Positions 1-9,031 of a stretch of DNA of 64,000 nt are shown here, piece by piece. How positions within the stretch are numbered: position 1 is the first letter of the stretch; every line of letters starts with the position of its first letter. The stretch lies in contig JBGCEP010000027.1 of the NCBI GenBank assembly GCA_045106415.1, forward strand, positions 89,553 through 153,552. Direction: 5' to 3'. The position numbers and the translations under genes were made by a program. The notes beneath the pieces were generated by a model, which ran no database searches, was not told the DNA's origin, and was given only the letters and a program-made list of their open reading frames with translations. Source of the DNA: Oligoflexales bacterium (GTDB taxonomy: Bacteria; Bdellovibrionota_B; Oligoflexia; Oligoflexales; Bog-1112).

Positions 1-562
1 TTTTAGGCAAATAACGGTAAGCACTGCTATCACTCAGAGCACCACCAATACGCGGCAGAATTTGATGAAAATAAAACTGAAAGAAACGACTCAGCATCCC
101 TGATTTTGGCAAGAAAAACTCTAATATCAATAAACGCCCACTTGATGTCAACACTCGGTGAAACTCACGAATTGCTTTTTTCTGATCAACCACATTACGC
201 AAGCCAAACGATATAGTCACACAATCAAAGCTATGTGGTGCAAAAGCTAAGGCTTCTGCGCTCATCGTTTGTAAATCAGCAACAATATTATGTTTTTTCA
301 GCTTCCGCTCACCGAGAGCTAACATTCCTTTTGAAATATCAACTCCTTGCAAATGCGACGTTTGATTCGATGCTGCAATCAAAACATCAGCAGTACCTGT
401 TGCCACATCTAATAGTCGTGCATTTTTGGGAATGTTTCGTATAAGGTGACGACGCCATCGGCGATCTTGTCCAGCACTCAAAATTAAATTTAACATATCA
501 TAGCGAGGAGCAATTTTATCGAACATGCCCGCAATTACCTGCTCACTTTGAGGCTTTACCAT
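1..562 (-). CDS. ubiE: Ubiquinone/menaquinone biosynthesis C-methyltransferase (3' end runs off the window)
   Basis: Not in ORF track. Manual translation from ATG at 562 gives MVKPQSEQVIAGMFDKIAPRYDMLNLILSAGQDRRWRR...LLDVATGTADV...FDCVTISFGLRNVVD...GRLLILEF, which are UbiE/MenG motifs. Confidence 0.9.
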   Translation of the reverse strand, partial: MVKPQSEQVIAGMFDKIAPRYDMLNLILSAGQDRRWRRHLIRNIPKNARLLDVATGTADVLIAASNQTSHLQGVDISKGMLALGERKLKKHNIVADLQTMSAEALAFAPHSFDCVTISFGLRNVVDQKKAIREFHRVLTSSGRLLILEFFLPKSGMLSRFFQFYFHQILPRIGGALSDSSAYRYLPK

Positions 563-659
563 GCGTGTACCCTTTCAAAAAATCATAGAAAACAGCATAT
601 GTAGGATATGCGGAAATAGACCTGTTTGAAAGAAGTGTTTTGCATTTCACTTATAAAAA

Positions 660-920
660 CTAACTTGCACCTTGATCAGTAACTTTTTCTAATTGTTTAC
701 GAATCAAATTTTGGCAAAAATCTGCAAGAACCACAGGATCCTCACCATGACAGATCAAAGACCCAAGACGATGGGCCATTAAACCTGAAATTTCATGAGG
801 CTGAGTTCCTGCCATCACACAGTCTAATATCCATTCGTCAAGCTGATCAGCAAAATTTTTCATCCTAAGAACATCTTCAGCTTGTCGTCGATCTTGCGGA
901 AACTGAATCACATCACCCAT
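660..920 (-). CDS. Small hypothetical protein (MGDVIQFP...)
   Basis: ORF with a strong AGGAGG RBS before ATG 920 and a sigma28-like promoter upstream. Confidence 0.7.
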   Translation of the reverse strand: MGDVIQFPQDRRQAEDVLRMKNFADQLDEWILDCVMAGTQPHEISGLMAHRLGSLICHGEDPVVLADFCQNLIRKQLEKVTDQGAS

Positions 921-948
921 CACTTCACCTCCTGTCTTTGACACAGCC

Positions 949-975
949 TTATCGGCTCTTTCAAGAAAAAGATAA
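949..975 (-). promoter_or_regulatory. Putative sigma28 (FliA) promoter
   Basis: TTAT-N15-GCCGATAA on the - strand; perfect -10 box. Confidence 0.55.
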
Positions 976-1006
976 AACTTAACAAATAGTGATTAATAAC
1001 AGAGCC

Positions 1007-2299
1007 CTACATAAGGGAGTTTGGATTCAGTAAAGCGTCTCTCATCGCAGCTAAAAACTTAGCTCCACCCTCTCCATCCACTGCTCGATGATCAAACGTC
1101 ACACCCATTTGACAAGTCGGGTGTATAACAATTTGATTATCCACAACTACAGGCTTCTGCGTAATCGTCCCAATACTCAAAATACCAACTTGCGGCTGAT
1201 TCAATATAGGCTGTGAATGTAAGCTTCCAAACATACCCGGGTTTGTCACAGTAAAAGTCCCTCCTTGAGTTTCATGAGACTTGAGCCCACCGTCACGCGC
1301 TCTTTGCGCAAGGTCATTTAATGTCTGCGACATCTCTTCCAGGGTCAATTCATCTGCTTTTTGAATAACGGGAACCACAAGCCCTTGAGGTGTTGCAACC
1401 GCACATCCAAGGCGAATTTCATCGTAATATAAAATATCCGTGCCATCGACAGCCGCATTTAAGTCCTCTCGCTTTTTCAGCGCTACGGCTGCTGCTTTTA
1501 AAAACCAAGCCGTCCACGTCACTTTTATTGGAGATTTCGACCTTTGAATACGAACAGCTTCCAAATCCATCTCAAACGTTGTCGTGACATGAGGAGCAAT
1601 TTTTTCAGAATGCACCATGTGCTCTGCTGTCAAACGGCGCACTCGGCTCATTTCCTCCCGGCGGATCTTGACACCATTTAAATACTCATCCCCATCAATA
1701 CGATCTACTTTTAGCCGCTCGACTTCAGCACGATACAGCTGAGGCCCTCCTGAAGAAGAGTCTTGGAGGTGGAGAAGAATATCATCGCGCACAATACGCC
1801 CTTCTGGGCCACTACCAATGATATCGCTCAGTGCCACTCCCTCGTCTTTCGCCAATCGGCGAGCAAGAGGCGTTGCTCTAACAGGACCTGCATATGAACC
1901 AGGTATTCTTACAGACGATGCAATACGGCCGACATCACGGGAGGAAGGTTCTTTTTTATTCTTCCTCCCGGCACCAGTCGCAGGCTGAGAATGGTGAAGG
2001 TTGGAAGGTTGAGGAGGATGATCATCACTCATAACGTCAGCAATCCACGCCACTGCATCACCCACTTGAATCGTCTGTTCAGGATGGACGTATTGAGCAA
2101 CAAGATACCCACCCTGGGTCGCTGATATCTCTGTATCAACTTTATCGGTCGAGACATCTAAGATAGCCTCTCCTTGCACAACTTTATCACCCACAGATTT
2201 TAACCAACGTGAAACCACTGCTTCTTGAACACCTTCTCCCATTGAAGGAAGGCGAGTTGCTTGCCCTTCTATTTCCATAGTTCTGCCCTCAGTTTTCAC
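1007..2299 (-). CDS. 2-oxoacid dehydrogenase E2 (dihydrolipoamide acyltransferase)
   Basis: One lipoyl domain (STDKVDTEI), E3-binding domain (ATPLARRLAK), catalytic GTFTVTNPG and DHRAVDG motifs. Substrate specificity not determinable. Confidence 0.92.
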   Translation of the reverse strand: MKTEGRTMEIEGQATRLPSMGEGVQEAVVSRWLKSVGDKVVQGEAILDVSTDKVDTEISATQGGYLVAQYVHPEQTIQVGDAVAWIADVMSDDHPPQPSNLHHSQPATGAGRKNKKEPSSRDVGRIASSVRIPGSYAGPVRATPLARRLAKDEGVALSDIIGSGPEGRIVRDDILLHLQDSSSGGPQLYRAEVERLKVDRIDGDEYLNGVKIRREEMSRVRRLTAEHMVHSEKIAPHVTTTFEMDLEAVRIQRSKSPIKVTWTAWFLKAAAVALKKREDLNAAVDGTDILYYDEIRLGCAVATPQGLVVPVIQKADELTLEEMSQTLNDLAQRARDGGLKSHETQGGTFTVTNPGMFGSLHSQPILNQPQVGILSIGTITQKPVVVDNQIVIHPTCQMGVTFDHRAVDGEGGAKFLAAMRDALLNPNSLM

Positions 2300-3666
2300 A
2301 GGTGAATAGCCCCCCCTAAACCAGCATGAGCGGCTTCTTGAATTGTTTCACTCAATGTAGGGTGCGGGTGAATAGCTTGCCCAATCTCTTCGAGTGTTGT
2401 TTCAAGCACTTTTCCTAAAACAAACTCAGAAATCATCTCCGTCGCTTTAGTCCCGACAATATGGACCCCCAAGAGCTCTCCATGTACAGGCTCTGAGAGT
2501 ATTTTAATAAATCCTACAGTCGCTCCATCAATTTTCGCTTTTGCCATGGGTGCAAATGGAAATTGAGTCTTTTTGTACTCAACACCCAACTCTACAAGTT
2601 GTTTCTCAGTTCGTCCTACACTCGCGACCTCAGGATACGTATAAACAGCTGAAGGATTCGTATCGTAGTTGATACATTTCGGTTGATGCCCAGCCATAAC
2701 TTCTACAGCATGCAAGGCCTCTGAAGAAGCTGTATGAGCCAATGCAGGCGTTGCAATGACATCACCAACAGCAAAAACTCCTGAGCAAGTTGTTCTATAA
2801 CTTCGATCGACAGGAATAAATCCTCGCTCGGTATGTACACCTATCTTTTTTAAGTTCAATTCCTCAGTCACTGGTTCCCGCCCTATGGAAACCAAAACCT
2901 TATTGTATTGTGAGGTTTCCCCATCTTTTAATTTCAATTCACAACCGGTGTCATGTTCTCTCACAGCTTCAACTTGAACACCTGTTTTAATTTGGACACC
3001 TTGTTTTTTAAGCTGCCGAACAAGCTCTTTCGCGCATTCTTCATCTTCACTAGGAATCACCTGTTCGCCCATCTCAAGAACATCAACAGCAGAGCCAAAG
3101 CGAGCGAAGATAGAAGCAAACTCTAAACCAACAACACCACCGCCAATCACAGCCATTTTTTCAGGCACATGATCTAAAGACAAAATAGAATCTGACGTTA
3201 AAATATGTTTTCCCGTCGATATTGCAAAGGGTAATTCTCGAACTTTTGAGCCTGTGGCAATTAAAGTCTTCTCAGCCTTTAAAGTCTCTTCCCCAACTTG
3301 GATTGTTTTTGAATCCAAGAAAGAAGCGGCACCTTCAAAGACATCGATTTTATTTTTCTTCATCAAAAAACGAAGGCCTTTTCGCTGTGCATCCACAACA
3401 CCTTGTTTTTTATCCATAATTCTTTGCCAATCATACGCTGGAGTCCCAATATCAAAACCTTCTTTTTCAATATCTTTTAACTTGCTCCACACTCTCGCTG
3501 ATTCAACCAATGCCTTCGTCGGAATGCACCCTACATTTAAGCACGTTCCCCCTAAATGAGCTCTTTTCTCGATTAAAGCGACTTTCATTCCACATTGTGC
3601 AGCTCGAATAGCCCCAACTTCTCCAGCAGGCCCAGCACCAATCACAACCAAATCATATATTTTCAT
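2296..3666 (-). CDS. lpdA: Dihydrolipoyl dehydrogenase (E3)
   Basis: GAGPAG FAD motif, GGTCLNVGCIP redox disulfide, HPHPTLSE. Start moved to ATG 3666 (GGAG RBS). Confidence 0.95.
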   Translation of the reverse strand: MKIYDLVVIGAGPAGEVGAIRAAQCGMKVALIEKRAHLGGTCLNVGCIPTKALVESARVWSKLKDIEKEGFDIGTPAYDWQRIMDKKQGVVDAQRKGLRFLMKKNKIDVFEGAASFLDSKTIQVGEETLKAEKTLIATGSKVRELPFAISTGKHILTSDSILSLDHVPEKMAVIGGGVVGLEFASIFARFGSAVDVLEMGEQVIPSEDEECAKELVRQLKKQGVQIKTGVQVEAVREHDTGCELKLKDGETSQYNKVLVSIGREPVTEELNLKKIGVHTERGFIPVDRSYRTTCSGVFAVGDVIATPALAHTASSEALHAVEVMAGHQPKCINYDTNPSAVYTYPEVASVGRTEKQLVELGVEYKKTQFPFAPMAKAKIDGATVGFIKILSEPVHGELLGVHIVGTKATEMISEFVLGKVLETTLEEIGQAIHPHPTLSETIQEAAHAGLGGAIHL

Positions 3667-3857
3667 CTTTATTCTCCAGCGAGTACAGCATGTGTGCATA
3701 AAGAGGTTACCATCGTCACGCTGATTTAAAAAAGAAAACAACCCTCATTTTCCACATCAGTCTCAAAAAAACCTATCAAAACAAAAACTTAAACAGACAC
3801 TAGCTTTTGAGAAAGCTTTCTCAGAAAGATGAAATATAAACTCATGAGTCACTTTCT

Positions 3858-3884
3858 TGAGTTTTGTTTTCAAAGCTCCGATCC
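3858..3884 (+). promoter_or_regulatory. Putative sigma28 promoter
   Basis: TGAG-N15-TCCGATCC about 30 nt before the likely start. Confidence 0.35.
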
Positions 3885-3914
3885 GTAGATGGAGATATAA
3901 AAGGAGAAAAAAAG

Positions 3915-4946
3915 TTGGCAGGTAAAAGCATCGTACTGCAAACCTCCCAAATGGTCTTTAAAGAAGGGGACCCATCAAACGGTATGTTCTTGGTACGCTC
4001 AGGGGAACTTGAAGTCTACCTTGAAAAGGATGGGAAAACGATCGTTCTAGCTTCAGTCGTAGCTGGTGGGATGATAGGAGAAATGGCTCTTTTCGATCAA
4101 AACCCTCGATCAGCATCTGTGCGAGCAACAACAACCTCTGAAGTCACTCATATTTCAAATGAAGACTTCTCAAAACTCATGAAACAAATTCCTAAGTGGT
4201 TTACATCCTTAATGGGGACTCTTTCAACAAGGCTCCGAGTCACAAACGATCGACTCAAAGCAGTTGAAAACGCTACAGCCAACCCTGCTGATAATAGCTC
4301 TAGCTCCACAAAAGAATTAAGTGAAGAAAAACAAGGGAATAGTCTACAACACGTTTTAAAGATGCTTTATATTTTTAACTTAATTATACATAAAGATGCT
4401 GTAAAGGAAGGGAAACACTGGCAGTTAGAACGACCAACTCTCAGTAAAAATATAGAATTGTTCTTTACTGATCAAATGAGAGAATTTAACAACATTATTT
4501 CAATACTAGAAGAGCACAATTTTTTACAACTCACGACAAATAGCTATAAAGTTGACATCATCGATATTGCCAACAAAGGCATCCTCAACCTCCTTATTGA
4601 ATATATTTCCGATTTTCATAAAGCTGGGGGCGCAGCTCTGAGCTCTGACGGGATTTTGCTTTTAAAATGCTTAGTTTCATATAGTAAAAAAGCAGGGTAT
4701 GAGACCTTCACCGCATCTCTCCAAGAGTTGGCACTTGAAGCTAAATCCATGGGGGTTGAAGACACCCCAGACTGGAAGAGTCAACTTCCTATATTTAAAA
4801 TCATCCACCCAGAGCTCAAACTCACAAAGACATCAGATGGGAAACTTGGTATAAAAAGCACACCAAAAGCCATAGCAGAACTCATGAGTTACCACACAAT
4901 CATGACAAAAACGCTCGAAGATCCAGAACCCAAAAATAACTCCTGA
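3915..4946 (+). CDS. Cyclic-nucleotide-binding (CRP-like) domain protein with long C-terminal region
   Basis: FKEGDPSNGMFLVRSGELEV and GEMALFDQNPRSASVRA cNMP motifs. Likely TTG start at 3915 after AGGAG. Confidence 0.8.
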   Translation: MAGKSIVLQTSQMVFKEGDPSNGMFLVRSGELEVYLEKDGKTIVLASVVAGGMIGEMALFDQNPRSASVRATTTSEVTHISNEDFSKLMKQIPKWFTSLMGTLSTRLRVTNDRLKAVENATANPADNSSSSTKELSEEKQGNSLQHVLKMLYIFNLIIHKDAVKEGKHWQLERPTLSKNIELFFTDQMREFNNIISILEEHNFLQLTTNSYKVDIIDIANKGILNLLIEYISDFHKAGGAALSSDGILLLKCLVSYSKKAGYETFTASLQELALEAKSMGVEDTPDWKSQLPIFKIIHPELKLTKTSDGKLGIKSTPKAIAELMSYHTIMTKTLEDPEPKNNS

Positions 4947-4980
4947 ATTTTAAAGAAAAAAATGAAACTCATCAATTCCA

Positions 4981-5009
4981 TTGACTCTCTGGATTGGTGT
5001 CGTTAGAAT
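4981..5009 (+). promoter_or_regulatory. Sigma70-type promoter of tig
   Basis: TTGACT-N17-TAGAAT. Confidence 0.6.
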
Positions 5010-5063
5010 TCGCCCTCATCCGCATTGTGAGCGGACTTAACGACCATCTCAGCGGAGAGTAAA

Positions 5064-6317
5064 ATGGAAGTCTCAGTTGAAGAACTCAACGAAGTTCAAA
5101 AGAAAATTCAAGTCAAATACCCTGAAAACACTGTTGGTGAATATTTTCAGAGTGCATACTCAAAGATTAGAGGACAAGCACGCATCAAAGGGTTTCGCCC
5201 AGGGAAAGCTCCTCTTTCTATGCTTCGCAACTCTCATGGTGATGCCGCTATTCAACTTGTCATGACCAAGATTCGCGAAGATATATCTACAATTGATTTT
5301 TATCAAAAACAAGATGTTGAGCCTTTCGGAACTCCAGCAATTTACATTGATAAAGACCCAAAAGAGGGTGAGGACTTTGAGTTTCACCTTATTGTTGACG
5401 TACCACCAACTTTCACACTGACAGATTGTGAAAACAAAGAAGTTGAGTGCCCTCAATATGATATTGATCTCGACGTTGAAGTCGACCAAGAGATCTCACG
5501 TAGAGCTCGCAACCAAGCCACACAAACACCAGTCGATGACAAAGAGCAAGGCGCTGAGAAAAATCACGCTGTAAGCCTCACTTGCCGTTTTTTAAATGAC
5601 AAAGGTGACGTCATTAGCGAGCATGATGAGAAAAAACCCCTCGAAGCCATTCTAGACGAGCAGTCTCACTTAGACCCATGGATCGTTGATGGCATTCTGG
5701 GTATGAAAGTTGGTGAAAACAAGACTCTTGACCACGAATATGAAGGCCAAAAGATCCAGCTGGAACTCGGACTTTTAAAAGTTTCGACACTCAATACACC
5801 ACCTATTGATGACGAACTGGCGAAAGATCTAGGTTTTGAAAACCTTAATGAAATGAAAAAAGACATCAAAGCTCGACTCGAAAAAGAACTCGAAAAAAGC
5901 AATGAGTCTCTCAAAAAAGAGTCTATTCGAGCTCATATTTTGAAAGAACACCCATTCCAAGTTCCTCCTTCACTGGTTGACAATATTATCGACCACCGAC
6001 TTTTAAGAATGGGTTATCCAAAAGACCAGCTTCAAAATAAAGAAATCCGTGAGCAACAGCTTACCCCAGCTCAAGAAGAAGCGCGCTTTCACTTCCTTGT
6101 CGCAGAACTTGGAAAAAAGCATAATTTAACACCAACAGAAGAAGCTATCACCGAAGAGCTTACTCGCGCTGTTAAAGAAAACCCACAGCTTCAACAAGGC
6201 AACCAAACAGCTTTGATGCAAAACATTCAGTGGGATCTTCTCAGCAAAGCTATTTTTGACCACTTCGCTTCAACTCTTTCTTTCAAAATAGAAAAAATGG
6301 AACCAGAAGCTCCTTAA
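5064..6317 (+). CDS. tig: Trigger factor
   Basis: Ribosome-binding motif GFRPGKAP, FKBP-like middle (GILGMKVGE), located upstream of clpP-clpX. Confidence 0.93.
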   Translation: MEVSVEELNEVQKKIQVKYPENTVGEYFQSAYSKIRGQARIKGFRPGKAPLSMLRNSHGDAAIQLVMTKIREDISTIDFYQKQDVEPFGTPAIYIDKDPKEGEDFEFHLIVDVPPTFTLTDCENKEVECPQYDIDLDVEVDQEISRRARNQATQTPVDDKEQGAEKNHAVSLTCRFLNDKGDVISEHDEKKPLEAILDEQSHLDPWIVDGILGMKVGENKTLDHEYEGQKIQLELGLLKVSTLNTPPIDDELAKDLGFENLNEMKKDIKARLEKELEKSNESLKKESIRAHILKEHPFQVPPSLVDNIIDHRLLRMGYPKDQLQNKEIREQQLTPAQEEARFHFLVAELGKKHNLTPTEEAITEELTRAVKENPQLQQGNQTALMQNIQWDLLSKAIFDHFASTLSFKIEKMEPEAP

Positions 6318-6334
6318 AACGCTAGAAAAATCTT

Positions 6335-6369
6335 AAGAAGAGCCTCATTTTTTGTTGAGGCTCTTCTTT
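6335..6369 (+). terminator. Intrinsic terminator-like hairpin after tig
   Basis: AAGAAGAGCCTCA / TGAGGCTCTTCTT inverted repeat. Confidence 0.7.
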
Positions 6370-6845
6370 ATGCACCGCCACTTCCAAAGCCCAGAAGACA
6401 CTCTTTATGTATCAAAGCTAAAGACTCAATCTGCCACTTAGAATGATTCTAATAACTTTTTTGAAGGTCTTTTTTCTTATCATTAAAACTGCTTCCTAGA
6501 GCAGACAAAAATTCATAAGATAAAGAAGCCTTTCTGCTCATCTAAGCGCGGACATATCTGATACGAATTCTTTTTAAAGACCGCTGTTTCCTACCAAAAA
6601 ACGCCAAAGTATAATAAATACAAACCTCACAGCCCCTACTTTAAAAATACTTTTAATTTTAAGCACTTAATCAACATCATCAGTGACGGGAATCATTAGA
6701 TTTTTTTAACGCACTGCTGTCAGCCTTACTAAAGTTGCAAAAAACAACAAAACCTCAAAAACAACCTTGCAAACACGAGTCTAACTTAAGAAAAACAGCG
6801 ATCCTTTTGTCTATGACAAAAAAAACTCTCACAAAGACAAGTGAT

Positions 6846-6872
6846 TCAATCTTCTTCGAAAGATTCCGATAA
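6846..6872 (+). promoter_or_regulatory. Putative sigma28 promoter of clpP operon
   Basis: TCAA-N15-TCCGATAA. Confidence 0.5.
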
Positions 6873-6889
6873 GATCAACAGTTTCAGAC

Positions 6890-6920
6890 TTGTACTTGAT
6901 TCATATCTGACATATTGTCA
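6890..6920 (+). promoter_or_regulatory. Putative sigma70 promoter of clpP with a palindrome over the -10 box
   Basis: TTGTAC-N17-TATTGT; TGACA-tat-TGTCA at 6908-6920. Confidence 0.4.
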
Positions 6921-6978
6921 AAGCGTGAGGCAATTTTGGGTTGCCAACCGCGTTCACCCTCCGAAATGAGGCCTGAAA

Positions 6979-7578
6979 ATGTCACTTGTCCCTGTAGTTA
7001 TTGAAAACACCAGTCGCGGCGAACGTTCCTGGGATATTTATTCACGGCTCCTTCGCGACCGTATTATTATGCTCGGAACCCCTGTCCGCGACGACATAGC
7101 AAATGTCATCGTAGCTCAGCTGTTGTATCTAGAGAGTGAAGACCCAGATAAGGATATTCACCTCTACATCAACTCTCCGGGCGGCTCCATTACCGCAGGT
7201 ATGGCTATCTACGATGCCATGCAGCACATCCGTCCTGACGTGAGAACATATTGTATTGGGCAGTGCGCAAGCATGGGTGCTTGGTTACTCGCAGCTGGCG
7301 CTCCTGGCAAAAGATATGCACTCCCTAACTCAAGAGTCATGATTCACCAACCTTTAGGTGGCGCTACTGGTCAGGCAACGGATATTGATATTCAAGCTCA
7401 AGAAATTTTGAATATCAAAAAACGCATGTGTGAGCTTCTTGCAGAACATACAAATCGCGATCCTGCACAAATAGCAGAAGACACAGACCGTGATAATTTT
7501 ATGTCTGCTCAGCAAGCCAAAGAATACGGTCTTGTTGATGAAGTTGTCAGCAAAACGCCACAGGCACCTAAAGATTAA
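6979..7578 (+). CDS. clpP: ATP-dependent Clp protease proteolytic subunit
   Basis: [21 protein letters not shown] (catalytic Ser), MIHQPLGG. Confidence 0.98.
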   Translation: MSLVPVVIENTSRGERSWDIYSRLLRDRIIMLGTPVRDDIANVIVAQLLYLESEDPDKDIHLYINSPGGSITAGMAIYDAMQHIRPDVRTYCIGQCASMGAWLLAAGAPGKRYALPNSRVMIHQPLGGATGQATDIDIQAQEILNIKKRMCELLAEHTNRDPAQIAEDTDRDNFMSAQQAKEYGLVDEVVSKTPQAPKD

Positions 7579-7593
7579 TTAGAGGAGCGCAAC

Positions 7594-8901
7594 ATGGCGA
7601 CAAAAGATAGTGGCCTCAATTGTAACTTTTGCGGCAAAGGCCAAAGAGAAGTTCGCAAACTCATTGCCGGGCCCAATGTTTATATCTGCGATGAGTGCAT
7701 CCAACTTTGTAATGACATCATTGCAGAAGAAGTTGATAAAGAAGAAGTTCTTGAGGGCCCACATAAAGTTCCTAACCCAAAAGACATCACCAAAGTCCTT
7801 GATGATTACATCATCGGTCAGTACAAAGCGAAAAAAACACTCGCCGTCGCTGTCCACAATCATTACAAGCGCATTGATGCCAAGTCGTCAAACCAAGATG
7901 GTGTCGAACTTTCAAAATCAAACATCCTTCTTATTGGCCCAACAGGTAGCGGAAAGACACTTCTCGCACAAACCATGGCCCGTATCCTGAATGTGCCATT
8001 CACAATATCTGATGCCACAAACTTAACCGAAGCTGGTTACGTCGGCGAGGATGTTGAAAACATTATTCTTAACCTCCTTCAAAGCGCTGACTACGACGTC
8101 GACACTGCACAGCGTGGGATTGCCTATATCGACGAAGTCGATAAAATCGCTCGTAAAGGAGAGAACACATCCATCACTCGAGATGTATCGGGTGAAGGTG
8201 TTCAACAAGCGCTTTTAAAAATTGTTGAAGGAACAATAGCAAACGTTCCCCCCAGAGGTGGACGTAAACACCCTCAGCAAGAGTTCTTGCAGGTGGACAC
8301 TACGAATATCTTGTTTATTTGCGGGGGCGCTTTCGCCGGCCTTGAAAACATCATTACGCAGCGCATTGAAGTTGCCACAATGGGTTTTGGAGCTGACATT
8401 TCAAGCCACAAGGCTGAAAACAAAAAAGACCTTCTTCTCAAGGTTCAAACTGAAGACCTTATGAAGTTTGGACTTATTCCTGAGTTTATCGGTCGAGTCC
8501 CAGTCATTTGCGCTCTACAGGAGCTAGATGAAGAAGCCCTCATTCGCATTTTAACAACACCAAAAAATGCAATTGTGAAACAATTCAAAAAACTTTTTGA
8601 ATTTGAAAACGTTGATCTCAAGTTTTCTGATGGAGCTCTCAGAGCCATCGTCAAAGAGGCTATTAATAGAAAAACCGGAGCTCGTGGCCTTAGGGCTATT
8701 CTAGAAGAAGCCATGCTAGACACTATGTATGAATTACCTAGTATGGAGGGCCTTGGCGAGGTCATTATCACTGAAGAAACCATCGACCTGGGCGCAGACC
8801 CTATTATGGTTTATCGCCAAAAAACAGAAGATACCCCTCCAGCAGAAGACGAAGACACTCCCCCAGCACCGACTGGAACCCTTGGCCCTAAGCCCCAGTA
8901 A
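7594..8901 (+). CDS. clpX: ATP-dependent Clp protease ATP-binding subunit
   Basis: N-terminal C4 zinc finger, [19 protein letters not shown] loop, TGARGLR. Confidence 0.98.
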   Translation: MATKDSGLNCNFCGKGQREVRKLIAGPNVYICDECIQLCNDIIAEEVDKEEVLEGPHKVPNPKDITKVLDDYIIGQYKAKKTLAVAVHNHYKRIDAKSSNQDGVELSKSNILLIGPTGSGKTLLAQTMARILNVPFTISDATNLTEAGYVGEDVENIILNLLQSADYDVDTAQRGIAYIDEVDKIARKGENTSITRDVSGEGVQQALLKIVEGTIANVPPRGGRKHPQQEFLQVDTTNILFICGGAFAGLENIITQRIEVATMGFGADISSHKAENKKDLLLKVQTEDLMKFGLIPEFIGRVPVICALQELDEEALIRILTTPKNAIVKQFKKLFEFENVDLKFSDGALRAIVKEAINRKTGARGLRAILEEAMLDTMYELPSMEGLGEVIITEETIDLGADPIMVYRQKTEDTPPAEDEDTPPAPTGTLGPKPQ

Positions 8902-9031
8902 CATCCGTTTCCTGTCGACAAAGATCGCACTCGGCAGGAAACGCTACCCTCACTCTCTCGCCTCTATGGTTCCTTTAAGCTAGAATAAGTTAAAGTTAAA
9001 AATTTCGATGATTTCGGTGAAGGGGAGCTGC

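Noticed and set aside
235..444. 69-aa + strand ORF
   Set aside because: Antisense to the clear ubiE gene.
6368..6541. Minus-strand reading MSRKASLSYEF...SY*NHSKWQ...GGA* between tig and clpP
   Set aside because: Interrupted by a stop, with no convincing RBS or recognisable motif; cannot be supported as a gene, pseudogene or readthrough case.
8825..8872. Duplicated EDTPPA in the ClpX tail
   Set aside because: A small duplication in a disordered extension; not informative.
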